This document shows positions 9,741 to 19,920 of a DNA stretch of 64,000 bases, in pieces. The notes under the pieces are model-generated. The model searched no databases. It was not told the DNA's origin and worked only from the letters and a program-made list of their open reading frames with translations. The stretch spans positions 1,376,001-1,440,000 of the forward strand of contig CP169074.1 of assembly GCA_041891055.1 (NCBI GenBank), written 5' to 3'. The DNA comes from Halorutilales archaeon Cl-col2-1. GTDB lineage: Archaea > Halobacteriota > Halobacteria > Halobacteriales > Afararchaeaceae. A program made the translations under genes and the position numbers. The stretch's first letter is position 1, and each line of letters begins with the position of its first letter.

Positions 9741-11480
9741 TCAGCCGACAGAGATGAAGCCAGAGACGAATATACGTGTGACAGTTGCGACTAAGGCTCC
9801 GACCCAGGTCAGGGCTACGAGATGGACGAACGCGCTGATCTTGTTTCCCCCGTCGACTACCTTTATCATGAGAGATCCGAGAACCGCGTTGACGAGTATG
9901 AGCGCGAGTATTATGAAGGTGACAGAGGTTATGTCGTAGACCTGTGTGTAGAGAAGCTGTCCCGCGGGTCCCTCCTGTGGCATACTTACCTCGTCGGTTA
10001 TCTGTACCATGAGGTCTACGACCTCGATTCCTATGAAGAAGGCGAAGACGTTCGCGGCAGTCATGCCGTACATCACGCCCATGAAGTTGACAGCGGTCTG
10101 CTTACGGCTCTGACGAAGCTCCCCCAGTGTCTCGAGGTTGTCGGATATGACGTTGCTGATACGTTTGGTGTTTCCTCCGTTCGACCTTCCTATCCTGTAC
10201 ATCTCACTTCCCTTCTGGGCTAGATACGACCTCGTCTCGCGCGAGAAATGTTCCCAGGCTAGCTCCTGGTCGATACGCATGTTGAGGCGGTTATAGAGAT
10301 TCCTTATCTCATCGGTGAGCTTTCCGAAGTCCTTCTTCGAGAGCGTCTCGAGAACCTTTGTCGTCGTCGACTGCTTAGCGTGTTCACTCGCTCCGAGAGA
10401 ACGCAGGAAAGACGGGAACTCCTCGTCCCTGTTCTTTATCCTCTTCTCCTCCAAGTAGACGACTGCGCCGGGGTATATCAGAGGCGTAACCGGAAGCGCG
10501 ACGTAGAACGGTATAGGTATATTGAACGGAAGGAGGTCGGGTATGTAGCCGAAGTAAGCCCCGGCTGCCACGAGGGAGGCGACAGCCGTGAGACCGATTC
10601 CGACTCCGAGTGCGAAAAGTATCTTTCTGTCGAGATCGGTCGTCTCCTCAGGGTGGTACCAGACGGGGTCGTTGGGTATGAGGACGAGGGTTCCGTAGAG
10701 GAAGCCGACCTCTATGAAGGCGTAGAGGAAGACGCCCCCGCCGAGAAGCATCAGAGGGCTCGACCCCGTGAGTATGGGTATTATAGTCGCGAAGACTATG
10801 ACGAAGGAGGTCGAGAGAGACATAGAGAGGAAGAGGTCGACGACTATGTCGACGTTGTCGAGAGATCCCTTGTACATCGTCTCGTACTGCGACATCACGA
10901 CATTCTGTTCCTCCATCAGAAACTCCTCCATGTCCTGTCCAGCGCCTATGTTGTACGCGAGACGTTCGAGGAAGTCGGAAAGGATCGGCGACGGGGTTCT
11001 TTTTGCCTGAAACCTAGCCGCCTCGTCAAGAGACATATTCCACGTCTGTACGAGCTCTACGATCTTCCTCATCTCCTCGGCGACTGCGCCGTACTCCTCC
11101 TGTTCTGCGAACGCGGTGAAGACATCGACACGGGGTATGTTGGTCGAACTCAGAACCCCGAGGTCTGTTATGAAGAGATGGAGCATCTGTTCGATCTCGA
11201 CACGTCTCCTGTCGGCTACGACCTTGGGGTAGACACCGACTACAAAGGTGAGAAATAGGGGTATCACGAAGACTATGGGACTCAGACTCCCGAGTAGGTC
11301 GCCGAGGAGAAAGAGAAGTACCACAGAGACCACGAGACCGCCGAGAGCGGTCGGTGCGACGTACTTGAGGAGGTAGCCCGAGACCGACTCACCCGTCGTG
11401 GTTCGGAGGGCACGTTTCCACGGAACGCCGTCGGATATCTTCTCCGTCTCGGCTTCGGCGTCGGCGTCAGCCTCTGCCAT
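9741..11480 (-). CDS. flaJ: Archaellum assembly platform protein FlaJ/ArlJ
   Basis: Two T2SS-F-like domains separated by TM helices; downstream of flaI. Confidence 0.92.
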   Translation of the reverse strand: MAEADADAEAETEKISDGVPWKRALRTTTGESVSGYLLKYVAPTALGGLVVSVVLLFLLGDLLGSLSPIVFVIPLFLTFVVGVYPKVVADRRRVEIEQMLHLFITDLGVLSSTNIPRVDVFTAFAEQEEYGAVAEEMRKIVELVQTWNMSLDEAARFQAKRTPSPILSDFLERLAYNIGAGQDMEEFLMEEQNVVMSQYETMYKGSLDNVDIVVDLFLSMSLSTSFVIVFATIIPILTGSSPLMLLGGGVFLYAFIEVGFLYGTLVLIPNDPVWYHPEETTDLDRKILFALGVGIGLTAVASLVAAGAYFGYIPDLLPFNIPIPFYVALPVTPLIYPGAVVYLEEKRIKNRDEEFPSFLRSLGASEHAKQSTTTKVLETLSKKDFGKLTDEIRNLYNRLNMRIDQELAWEHFSRETRSYLAQKGSEMYRIGRSNGGNTKRISNVISDNLETLGELRQSRKQTAVNFMGVMYGMTAANVFAFFIGIEVVDLMVQITDEVSMPQEGPAGQLLYTQVYDITSVTFIILALILVNAVLGSLMIKVVDGGNKISAFVHLVALTWVGALVATVTRIFVSGFISVG

Positions 11481-13195
11481 TACATACCCGCCCCTTCGGG
11501 CTTCTCAACTTCGAAGGGGAGTCCCTCGACGCCGTCACGCTGGAAGGTGTTGATAGTCTCGTTGACCTCGTTGTAGCCGAGTATCCCCTCCTGTATCATC
11601 TTCTCCATTATGCGTCTACGGAGTTCGAGGTCGTCGTAAATACGGCGGGTGTCCTCGTACGACTTCTTCTCGGCTATCTTGTCCTCAAGTATGTACGAGT
11701 TGTTCATTCCCTTGAAGATTATCTCGTCGTCCACGGGATCCCAAGTGAATACCTCACGCGTGACGATTCCGTCGAGCTCGTCGGAGTATCCCTCTATCTC
11801 GTGTATCGAGGTCACACGTCGTATTCCCTCTCCCTTACGCAGTACAAAGTTCTGGAATATGGCTATGTTGAGCGTGCCGAAGAAGGTCTCGGGGACTTCT
11901 ATGGGCGAGCTCGTGAACCTCTGTATGAGGCTCTTTATGTCTCCCGCATGGAAAGTCAGCATCACGGGATGCCCCGTCTGCATAGCCTGGAAAGCCATAC
12001 GTCCCTCCTCACCACGAACCTCACCCACTATTATGTAGTCGGGACGTGAACGCAGTGCCGCCTCGACGAGGTTGAACATGCTCACGTCTCCGGCTTCCTC
12101 CTCGTCACCGCCGCTCTCACGTGTCAGGAGCTGCTGCCACGCGTCGTGGGGTGGAACGACCTCGGCGGTGTCCTCCGCAGTGTAAATCTTCGAGCCGGGA
12201 GGTATGAAAGATGTGATGGCGTTGAGGGTCGTCGTCTTACCCGAAGCAGTCTCTCCGACGACGAAAGCACTCATGTCGTTTTCGAGAGCCATCCACATGT
12301 AAGCGGCTGCCATTGGCGAGAATGTTCCCCATTTCGTAATCTGAGCTATCGTCAGAGGAGTCTCCTCCTGCTGACGTAGTGTCATCGAGGGTCCACGTAT
12401 CGAGACGTCGTCGCTGTATATGAGGTTGAGACGCGAACCGTCAGGCATCGTCGCGTCTATAATCGGATTCGAGTCGCTCACGGGCTTTCCTATGCGCTCA
12501 GCCATCGACCTGAGGTACTGGTCGTACTCGTCGTCGGTACCGAAGTCGACCGTGGTGCCTGTCAGACCAAATATGTCGTGCTCGACGAAGACCTCATCGG
12601 GCGCGACGACATGTATGTCCTCGTTGTGGGGGTCACGCATTATGGGTTCGAGAGGACCGAGTCCTATGATGTCCCTGTTGAGGCGGTAACGTATCTTCCT
12701 GTACGCCTCCTTCGTGAGCTCTATCCTCTCCTCTCCTATTATGCGTTTGAGAATACGTACTATCCTCTCCCAGAGGCTCTCCTCGGTGACCTCGTCCTTT
12801 ATGACTGTGTTCCTGTCGAGTAGGGTCTCTATCTTCTCGTCGAACTCGGAGTCCTCTGTCGGGGCGGGGAGGTTGACACTCTCGTCTATGATCGCGCGCT
12901 GCGTCTTGTCGTATATGTCCTTCTCGTCCTCGTTGAGAGTGGGCTCGACTGCGTAGTACTTGGTGTCCTGACCCTGTGCTCCGTAGACATGAGTAAAGAG
13001 GACGTCGCCCGTCTGGTAGAGTATGTTGGGGTATCTGACCTCGTGTTCGTCGTCGGGCTCCTCGACGAGCATCGGGAACTTGCCCGTAATCCTCTTGAAC
13101 TCGGCGAGATGGCTCTGGAGATGCGAGTTACGCGACGCCAGCTCGCGGAGTTCTGGGGAGATGTCACGGCTTCCCTGAGATGAGGTTACGGACAT
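11480..13195 (-). CDS. flaI: Archaellum motor ATPase FlaI/ArlI
   Basis: Walker [28 protein letters not shown]...TFHA. Confidence 0.95.
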   Translation of the reverse strand: MSVTSSQGSRDISPELRELASRNSHLQSHLAEFKRITGKFPMLVEEPDDEHEVRYPNILYQTGDVLFTHVYGAQGQDTKYYAVEPTLNEDEKDIYDKTQRAIIDESVNLPAPTEDSEFDEKIETLLDRNTVIKDEVTEESLWERIVRILKRIIGEERIELTKEAYRKIRYRLNRDIIGLGPLEPIMRDPHNEDIHVVAPDEVFVEHDIFGLTGTTVDFGTDDEYDQYLRSMAERIGKPVSDSNPIIDATMPDGSRLNLIYSDDVSIRGPSMTLRQQEETPLTIAQITKWGTFSPMAAAYMWMALENDMSAFVVGETASGKTTTLNAITSFIPPGSKIYTAEDTAEVVPPHDAWQQLLTRESGGDEEEAGDVSMFNLVEAALRSRPDYIIVGEVRGEEGRMAFQAMQTGHPVMLTFHAGDIKSLIQRFTSSPIEVPETFFGTLNIAIFQNFVLRKGEGIRRVTSIHEIEGYSDELDGIVTREVFTWDPVDDEIIFKGMNNSYILEDKIAEKKSYEDTRRIYDDLELRRRIMEKMIQEGILGYNEVNETINTFQRDGVEGLPFEVEKPEGAGM

Positions 13196-13208
13196 CTTTT
13201 TGTATATT

Positions 13209-13228
13209 TAAATAACTGAGTTTATTTA
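13209..13228. promoter_or_regulatory. AT-rich 7-6-7 inverted repeat between flaH and flaI
   Basis: TAAATAA-CTGAGT-TTATTTA in a 52-nt AT-rich gap. Confidence 0.4.
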
Positions 13229-13247
13229 GCTTTACGGCTGTCGGAGT

Positions 13248-13976
13248 CTAAGCCACGCTTCTCGACTCTATGACTATACCTATGTCGGGACGGACTCCGT
13301 ATCCTATCATGTCTCCGACCTGCTCTCCCATTCCCGAGAATCTGTTGACGACTATCGAACGGCTCGTCTCGTTTCCTATCTCGGTCATTTCGAGTTCGAG
13401 ATGCACGTCGGCTATCGCGCGGAAGGGTGACATGACCTCCTCATTGAGCGTCGTGGGATCGATAGTGAGTATTATCGTTTTGCCCTCTCCTATTATGTCC
13501 CTGAAGAAAGAGATGATTTCGAGCGCGCCCTGACGCTCCTCGTTCTGTCTCACGAGGCTGTCGAAGGTTCCGTCGTTCCTGAGTATCGCGTCGAATGTGT
13601 CGATTATGACTATGTCACTCTGCCACATAGTGTCGGCATTCATGAGACGCGAGAGGAGATCCTGATCCTCGCTCTGCTGGTCGACGTAGGCGTGGAGGAA
13701 GAGAAGCTGTTCGTTGAGGAGGTACTCCTCTATGTCGTAGCCGAGCGAGTGCATCTGGTCTATGAAGCCCTGGACAGTGAGTTCGCTCGAAAGGAGTGTG
13801 GTCGTATATCCCTCACGGCAGAAGCCGTAGGTGAACCTCTGTGAGATAGCACTCTTTCCCGCACTGTACTCCCCCTCTATCACGACTATAGAGCCCTTCG
13901 GAATTCCTCCACCGAGGTTCTCCTTGAGACGGTCGCGGTCCTCAAGACCGATGTCGTAAAGCTTGCTACCTGGCAT
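13248..13976 (-). CDS. flaH: FlaH/ArlH (KaiC-like ATPase)
   Basis: [23 protein letters not shown]; position in operon. Confidence 0.93.
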   Translation of the reverse strand: MPGSKLYDIGLEDRDRLKENLGGGIPKGSIVVIEGEYSAGKSAISQRFTYGFCREGYTTTLLSSELTVQGFIDQMHSLGYDIEEYLLNEQLLFLHAYVDQQSEDQDLLSRLMNADTMWQSDIVIIDTFDAILRNDGTFDSLVRQNEERQGALEIISFFRDIIGEGKTIILTIDPTTLNEEVMSPFRAIADVHLELEMTEIGNETSRSIVVNRFSGMGEQVGDMIGYGVRPDIGIVIESRSVA

Positions 13977-13985
13977 GGTTTTGGT

Positions 13986-14450
13986 TTATCCGAGTCTTAT
14001 GTCTATGGTGTCACTCGAAGACCTGGAGTCGATCTTGACGGTGTGGTCTCCCGAAAGTCCCTCAGCCGAGACGTTGAGCCTGACGACCTCGCCGGGACTC
14101 CAGCTTCCCGATCCCTGGATTAAGCTGACGCTACTCACGTCTTCGAACTGACCGTCTATAAGGACTGTGAACAGGTCAGGATCGACAGGAGACGTCGACG
14201 AGCCCGTGTTCTTGACGTAGAAGACGAGACTGTCGTTGGTTCCGTCGCCGTTGGTGTCGTCGTAGGGTACGTTGGTGCGGTCGTTTATAATGGTGATGTC
14301 ACTCCGTATCTTCTCCGAGAGATCCTCGGCTGAGTCCCTCGAAGCGTCCGCCATCGACAGAACCTCCGTTGTGAAGACGGCTGAGACCGAGACAGCGACG
14401 AGTATCGAGGCGATGAAGATTATCATCGTGTCTATGCTCGTACTCGCCAT
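13986..14450 (-). CDS. flaG: FlaG/ArlG
   Basis: N-terminal archaellin-like TM, YVKNTGS, WSPGEVV. Confidence 0.88.
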   Translation of the reverse strand: MASTSIDTMIIFIASILVAVSVSAVFTTEVLSMADASRDSAEDLSEKIRSDITIINDRTNVPYDDTNGDGTNDSLVFYVKNTGSSTSPVDPDLFTVLIDGQFEDVSSVSLIQGSGSWSPGEVVRLNVSAEGLSGDHTVKIDSRSSSDTIDIRLG

Positions 14451-14891
14451 CTATCTCACCTCGACATCGCTGATTCCGTTCTCAGTACTGAGCTTTACCC
14501 TAGTAGGATCAGTCGTCGACGAGACGTTGACAACGAGGTAGTCACCCGGGAGCCACAGGTTACTGTTCTTCTCGTTCCCGAAGGAGTTTTTGACAGTCAC
14601 GGTCTCCTTCGGACTGTACTCGCCGTCGAGTATAGCCGTAGTCTTCGAAGCCGAGAGAGACGTCTCCCCGGTGTTCGAGGTGTTCACGGTGAGGGTGTCC
14701 GTGGCTGACGAGTATGACGTACTGATTACCTCGACCGAAGTCTGACGCTTTTCGAGTAAGTCGTGTGCCTCGTCGTCGCGTGCAGTCTCAAGCTGCTTCT
14801 GTGAGTAGGTCCACGCGCCGTAGACCGAGTTAGCGGCAATCAGAACGCCTATGAAGATTATCGCGGTTGAGGCTGATACACTAAAGCCCAT
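14451..14891 (-). CDS. flaF: FlaF/ArlF
   Basis: MGFSVSASTAIIFIG, NTGET, LWLPG, TENGI. Confidence 0.9.
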   Translation of the reverse strand: MGFSVSASTAIIFIGVLIAANSVYGAWTYSQKQLETARDDEAHDLLEKRQTSVEVISTSYSSATDTLTVNTSNTGETSLSASKTTAILDGEYSPKETVTVKNSFGNEKNSNLWLPGDYLVVNVSSTTDPTRVKLSTENGISDVEVR

Positions 14892-16443
14892 ACTTCTGTA
14901 ACTTTAGAATCTCCTCTACCTCTTCCTCTATGTCGTCTACGTCGCCCGAGAGGTCGTCGCCCTCAAGACTTCCATTCGAGCCGTCGGAGACGTCGAGCTG
15001 TGAGAGCTTCGATATGAAGAGGAGCGACCTGACGTGATCCTCGACGCTGAGCGTGTCGTCGGCTTCGACCTCCACCTCCATGCTGTCACCGTGTCTAGTC
15101 TTGACGTCGTACTCACGGGTAGCTGTCTGGGAGTCGTCGTGTTCTGATCCACTCCGTTTCGACGTTGAGAGAGCACGTGTGTACTTCGAGAGGTGATCCC
15201 GCACCCTCGGGGATATCCAGCCTATGTCGACGTAGAAGTCGAGTGTATCCTGGAAACCCACGATTCCGACGCGCCAGACGAGGAAGTCGACCCAGTTCAT
15301 GGCGACGATGTCAGAGACGTAGTTCTTCGAGAGGCTTTCGAGGTAGTAGTCGGTGTCGGGGGAAGAGGCAGTCGATGGTGTAGAGTCTCCGGCTTCTGCT
15401 TCCGTCTCCGTCTCATCCTTAGCTGCCTCAACCTCAACAGCCTCCTCGTCTTCTGTCTCTGTATCTGTCTCAGCGTCAGTTTCAGTCTCAGTCTCAGACG
15501 TCTCTATCTCAGCCTCTTCGAGAGCCTCGACCTCGTCTTCCTGAGACTCTTCGTCGTCTTCCTGAGACTCCTCCTCGAACTCCTGTTTCATCTCCTCGAA
15601 CTTGTCCTCAGGCTCCTTTTCTTCCTCCTCAGCTTCGAGATCTTCGTCGTCTTCCTGAGACTCCTCCTCGAACTCCTGTTTCATCTCCTCGAACTTGTCC
15701 TCGGGCTCTTGTTCTTCCTCCATCCCCATGCCCATCTCGTCTTCTGTCTCCATCATCATGTCATCCTCGAACTCGCCGCCCTCGTCCATGCTCATGTCTT
15801 CCTCCATCATTCCCATGTCATCGTCCATGTCAGCCATCTCGTCGTCGAAGTCATCAGACTCCTCCTCCATACCCATCCCCATAGAGTCGTCTTCTTCGAG
15901 ATCCTCAAAGTCCTCCTCGAAGAAGTAGTCGGCGTCCTTATCGGCTAGCTCCTCGTCTATCTCGTCTTCTTCCTCATCTTCGCCCCCGAAGAGACCGAAT
16001 CCTCCGTCTCCCTCTGCGGCGATTCCCTCACCCATTCCGCCAGCCTCGTCGACGAACGGGTTGACTCCGCGTGTCACCATCTCGTATATATCGAGGAGCT
16101 TCCTGACGTTCTCCTCGACCTCCTCGACACTCTCGCTTATCGATTCGTTCTCGCTCCTGACAGTCGAGACAGTAGATGAGATACTCCCAACCTCGTTTTC
16201 GAGGTCGTCGACGCGGTTTTCTAGCTCCGTAATCCTCTCGTCACCCTCGTCTCCGAATCCTTCGTCGAGTGAGCCGAAGTCATCGTCCTCGGCTTCACCT
16301 CCTTCGTCACCGAAGAGGTCATCATCTCCCATGTCGTCGTCCATGAAGTCGTCGCCGCCATCGTCTTCTTGGACAGAGTCCTCGGAGTTGCCGTCCGAGA
16401 TCATACCGCGTATGCGCTGTGCTATCTCATCTACAGATGACAT
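14881..16443 (-). CDS. flaCE: FlaC-FlaD/E fusion (ArlCE-type switch/polar-cap protein) with long acidic linker
   Basis: N-terminal coiled coil ending LLDIYEMVTRGVNPF (FlaC); C-terminal WVDFLV..LDFYVDIGWIS..DHVRSLLFI (FlaD/E). Confidence 0.87.
   Translation of the reverse strand: MSSVDEIAQRIRGMISDGNSEDSVQEDDGGDDFMDDDMGDDDLFGDEGGEAEDDDFGSLDEGFGDEGDERITELENRVDDLENEVGSISSTVSTVRSENESISESVEEVEENVRKLLDIYEMVTRGVNPFVDEAGGMGEGIAAEGDGGFGLFGGEDEEEDEIDEELADKDADYFFEEDFEDLEEDDSMGMGMEEESDDFDDEMADMDDDMGMMEEDMSMDEGGEFEDDMMMETEDEMGMGMEEEQEPEDKFEEMKQEFEEESQEDDEDLEAEEEEKEPEDKFEEMKQEFEEESQEDDEESQEDEVEALEEAEIETSETETETDAETDTETEDEEAVEVEAAKDETETEAEAGDSTPSTASSPDTDYYLESLSKNYVSDIVAMNWVDFLVWRVGIVGFQDTLDFYVDIGWISPRVRDHLSKYTRALSTSKRSGSEHDDSQTATREYDVKTRHGDSMEVEVEADDTLSVEDHVRSLLFISKLSQLDVSDGSNGSLEGDDLSGDVDDIEEEVEEILKLQKYGL
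15548..15702. repeat. Internal tandem duplication (93-nt period) in the flaCE linker
   Basis: 62-nt exact copies at 15548-15609 and 15641-15702, within the repeated peptide EPEDKFEEMKQEFEEESQEDDE. Confidence 0.9.
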
Positions 16444-16524
16444 GAAGGACTCACTTTTTTAGTTAACCTACCAGATTTTTGATCCAGACTTTATTAAATC
16501 TACCGGGGGAGAGAAAAGAGCTTC

Positions 16525-16635
16525 TATACTGAAGGACAAAGTGATGTGAATGGGATACAGAGAACGGCGGGTGCGTATCCGACTTTCTTCGAGAGGACTC
16601 TAATTCAGAGTTCGCCTATCTTATCCTTCAGTATA
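16525..16635. mobile_element. 107-bp MITE-like element with terminal inverted repeats and TA target duplication (IS630/Tc1-mariner style)
   Basis: TA|TACTGAAGGA...TCCTTCAGTA|TA; removal restores an in-frame TAG stop for cheR. Confidence 0.7.
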
Positions 16636-17469
16636 AGTCGACTTACGGTAGACACGTAGTCTGCTGTCGACCGACTCGAAGTCGTTCTTGAGATCCGACG
16701 GTAGCGACTCGGTCTTTCCTATGACGAGGTAGCCGTCGTCGACGAGTGAGTCCCTTATGGTCGTTAGTATTGGAACCTTGTACTCGGAGTCTATGTAGAT
16801 GAAGAGGTTACGGCAAGCGACGAGGTCGAACCCCGACTTGGGGCGTCCGTTTATGAGATCGTGCTGTTCGAAGCTCACCATTTCCTTGACCTCATCGGTG
16901 ACCTCGAACGAGTCGCCGTCCCTGTCTATGTACTGACTGTAGTCGTCGAGAGGACACAGCTGTTCGGAGATGTCCTCGGTCTTCGTGGTCTCGTAGACCC
17001 CCTTCTTCGCAGTCTTGATTATCTCGGCGTCTATGTCGGTCGCCTTTATGGAGATCTTTGAGGCGTCTATCTCGGGGTCTTCGAGGGAGAGCATCGCCAT
17101 CGAGTACGCCTCTCTGCCGTCGGACGACGCCGCACTCCAGAGCTTGACCGACCTCCTGTCGTCTGTGATATCTCTCAGAATCTCACGTATCTTCTCCCAG
17201 ACTTCGGGGTTGCGGAAGAAGCTCGTGACGTTTACGCTGAGAGCGTCGAGTAGAGCCGCTCTCTCGTCCTCCTCGGATCTGAGGACTTCAAGGTAGTCGG
17301 CATAGGCGTCGGAACCCGTGCGTCTCATCCTCGAAGATATACGTCTGTCGAGGTAGCTCGTCTCGTAATAGCTCGTGGCGAACTCCATCTCGTCTTCCAC
17401 GAAGCCGAGTATCTCGTCGAAGCTATCGTCGTCCGATACATCCTCTGTGGCTGTCTCGTCGGTGTTCAA
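16621..17469 (-). CDS. cheR: Chemotaxis methyltransferase CheR
   Basis: SVNVTSFFRN, WSAASSDGREAYS, ATDID, CRNLFIY, GYLVIGKTE; probable TTG start overlapping the cheD stop (ORF track starts at 17511). Confidence 0.93.
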   Translation of the reverse strand: MNTDETATEDVSDDDSFDEILGFVEDEMEFATSYYETSYLDRRISSRMRRTGSDAYADYLEVLRSEEDERAALLDALSVNVTSFFRNPEVWEKIREILRDITDDRRSVKLWSAASSDGREAYSMAMLSLEDPEIDASKISIKATDIDAEIIKTAKKGVYETTKTEDISEQLCPLDDYSQYIDRDGDSFEVTDEVKEMVSFEQHDLINGRPKSGFDLVACRNLFIYIDSEYKVPILTTIRDSLVDDGYLVIGKTESLPSDLKNDFESVDSRLRVYRKSTYTEG

Positions 17470-18011
17470 ATCTCCTTCACCTCTCGGTTCGCGTTCTTTA
17501 TAGTCAGGCACCCCGTCTCGGGGTCGAACTCTATCGACCTCCCCGAGTCACCCCCGACGTCCTGAGACTCGATAGGTATTCCGAGGCTGTCAAGCTTGCG
17601 TCTCACGGCAGCGACGTTTCTCTCGCCTATGCTCTCGTCGCCCGAGAAGTCGAACATACTACTCCCGCCGGCTATCTTCGCGGTCATGTCGCCGATAGAG
17701 GCTCCTTTCTGTCTCATCTCATCGACCATCGCCTCTATCGCGGTGTCAGCGAACTTCGCCTCGTTGTCGTCATCGACCTCCTCCGACGACGGCAGCATGA
17801 CGTGAGCCAGACCCGAGACGGAGCCGTCGTTCGATCTCACAGCGACACCCACACACGAACCCAGTCCGTTCGTAGTCAGCAAGTCACCCGAGTCGGTCAC
17901 GGTGTAGTCGGCTATTCCGACCTTGGCTGTCGAAGTATCAGTCGTCTCCGAGGAGGTTTCCGACTCCTCGTCGTCGTCAAGCGGGGAGTCGTCTCGTCCG
18001 TATACCTTCAT
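17466..18011 (-). CDS. cheD: Chemoreceptor deamidase CheD
   Basis: GLGSCVGV, AHVMLP, AKIAGGSSMF, IGERN, DVGGDSGR. Confidence 0.94.
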   Translation of the reverse strand: MKVYGRDDSPLDDDEESETSSETTDTSTAKVGIADYTVTDSGDLLTTNGLGSCVGVAVRSNDGSVSGLAHVMLPSSEEVDDDNEAKFADTAIEAMVDEMRQKGASIGDMTAKIAGGSSMFDFSGDESIGERNVAAVRRKLDSLGIPIESQDVGGDSGRSIEFDPETGCLTIKNANREVKEI

Positions 18012-18012
18012 T

Positions 18013-19287
18013 TCATATCATGTCGGTGTCGTCGGGCTCTATCTCGGATCTGTCGACCTCTTCGATGTTGAGACTCTGGAGAGTCTCCTCGAAGCCGTCC
18101 TGGTACGGAAGCATATAGACCTCACAGTCGAACTCGTGATCCTGGGCGTTGATCCTCGTGTCGAATACGAAGGAGTACTTCTGCCTCTGTCCGAGACGTG
18201 CGGTGATCGAGTCGGCTATAGCACGTCCCATGTCGTGGACGAACTTGGGAGTCGAGATATCTATCGTGGCGTCTAGGACGTTCGCCCACGCGTCGACGAA
18301 GCCGCTCGTCATTATATTTCCCATCTCCTGAATAGCGCTTCTCTCAGTGGGGTCGAAGCCGTCGTCGACGACATCGGTGTCGTTCTCAGCGGCGGACGGG
18401 AGAAGAAGCCTCGTGATCTCCTTCGCCGACTCGTCGTCGAGGAGTATGAGTATGTAGCCCCCGAGGAAACCCTCGAACTCGAAGACCAAGCCGACCTTCC
18501 TTCCCTCCTCAACCTCGCTCGGGACGTCTTCGAGCCTCACGAAGTTGACATAGGTAACCTCGACGTCGGTGTCGATCCCTATCATCTGTGTCATGTGGTC
18601 GGAGACCCGGTCGGCTCCGAGACGTGTCATCCGGTTGAAGGTCACTAGCTGGCTCGTGTCTATGCTCCGGTCGCCGCCGACGAGCGACGCCGCCTCCTCC
18701 ATCGAGTTCTGTTCGGGAAACATGTAGACGCCGAAGCCTATGTCGGTGTCAGTCGTCTCGGGCGAGTCTATCTCGCTCTCGAAGAAGACGGCGTACTCGT
18801 CGTCGTAGGTGTCGATGACGTCGGAGAAAACCTCTGACCGACTTCCGTCTACGAGTGTGGGGGTGGAGATATCTATCGTAGTTCCGAGGACGTCCGCCCA
18901 GCCGTCGATAAAGCTACTCGTGATTATGTTTCCGACCTCCTGGACTGCGCTCCGTCCCATCTCGTCGAGTTCATCTGCCGGAGTGCCCGTGAGTAGCTCG
19001 ACGACCTCAGAGACTGAGTCCCTCTCGAACAGAACCACCATGTCACCGCTCGGGACGCCTTCGAGGTCTATACGTACTCCGACGTACTCTCCGGAGGTTC
19101 GGTTCGAGTCAGAGCTTGGAGGTTCAACTGACGACTCGCCGAGTTCGGAAGTCGGAATGAAGTTTATCTTAGTGACGTTGACGAGTGTCTCTATCCCCGT
19201 CATCTGTGACAGAGACCTTGCCGCTGTCTCTGCGCCCTCGTTCGCCATCCGGTTGAAGGTTCCGAGAGAGTCTACGTCTACCTTCAC
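18013..19287 (-). CDS. cheC: CheC-family phosphatase with duplicated CheC domains
   Basis: Two repeats each with SAxQExGNIxTSxFxDxWAxVL..IDISTP. Confidence 0.9.
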   Translation of the reverse strand: MKVDVDSLGTFNRMANEGAETAARSLSQMTGIETLVNVTKINFIPTSELGESSVEPPSSDSNRTSGEYVGVRIDLEGVPSGDMVVLFERDSVSEVVELLTGTPADELDEMGRSAVQEVGNIITSSFIDGWADVLGTTIDISTPTLVDGSRSEVFSDVIDTYDDEYAVFFESEIDSPETTDTDIGFGVYMFPEQNSMEEAASLVGGDRSIDTSQLVTFNRMTRLGADRVSDHMTQMIGIDTDVEVTYVNFVRLEDVPSEVEEGRKVGLVFEFEGFLGGYILILLDDESAKEITRLLLPSAAENDTDVVDDGFDPTERSAIQEMGNIMTSGFVDAWANVLDATIDISTPKFVHDMGRAIADSITARLGQRQKYSFVFDTRINAQDHEFDCEVYMLPYQDGFEETLQSLNIEEVDRSEIEPDDTDMI

Positions 19288-19291
19288 CGAG

Positions 19292-19888
19292 TCACACCTC
19301 TAACGAGTTCATCATCTCGACGAGCTCCTCTAGCTCGGGGAAGCAGTAGATCTTAGCCTCGACATCGGCGTCGGGAGCGTATATGTGCGAGTCAAATACC
19401 ATCGCTATCTCGTCGTCCCTGTCGCCCACGAGACCCTCAACTATTTCGTCGGCGGGCTTGTGTGAGAACTCGGGTGTGGTCATGTCTATCGTGGTGTCTA
19501 AGACGTTCGCCCAGCCGTCGATGAATCCGCTCGTCATTATGTTGCCTATCTCCTGGACTGCACTCATCTCCATCTCGCTGAAGCCGTCGTGGTCTCCGCC
19601 TCCCATTCCACCCATCATGAGGTCGGCTATATTCTTCGCGCTCGTCTCGGTGAAGAGCATCAGTACGTATCCGTAGGGTGGTTCGGTGAGCTGTATGTTT
19701 ATGCCTACCTCAGTGTCGTCTCCGACGTGTCTCTGGAGGTCGTCGGTCTCGACGAAGTTAATCTTCGTAATCTCCATCCTCGTCTCGGTGCCCGTCATCT
19801 GGCTGAGATGGTCGGCTACGGTGTTGGCTCCCTCCTTCGCCATCCGGTTGAAGGTGCTCAGCTTCCTTATGTCTATCATCAGGCTCAT
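19292..19888 (-). CDS. cheC: CheC-family phosphatase (single domain)
   Basis: SAVQEIGNIMTSGFIDGWANVL. Confidence 0.9.
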   Translation of the reverse strand: MSLMIDIRKLSTFNRMAKEGANTVADHLSQMTGTETRMEITKINFVETDDLQRHVGDDTEVGINIQLTEPPYGYVLMLFTETSAKNIADLMMGGMGGGDHDGFSEMEMSAVQEIGNIMTSGFIDGWANVLDTTIDMTTPEFSHKPADEIVEGLVGDRDDEIAMVFDSHIYAPDADVEAKIYCFPELEELVEMMNSLEV

Positions 19889-19920
19889 GGTAGGTCGTGT
19901 GTCGTGTGTTGTGTTTTGTG

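Noticed and set aside
19889-19920. AC-rich low-complexity spacers (also 6829-6861, 37411-37441)
   Set aside because: Short and imperfect with no defined unit; probably unstructured intergenic filler.
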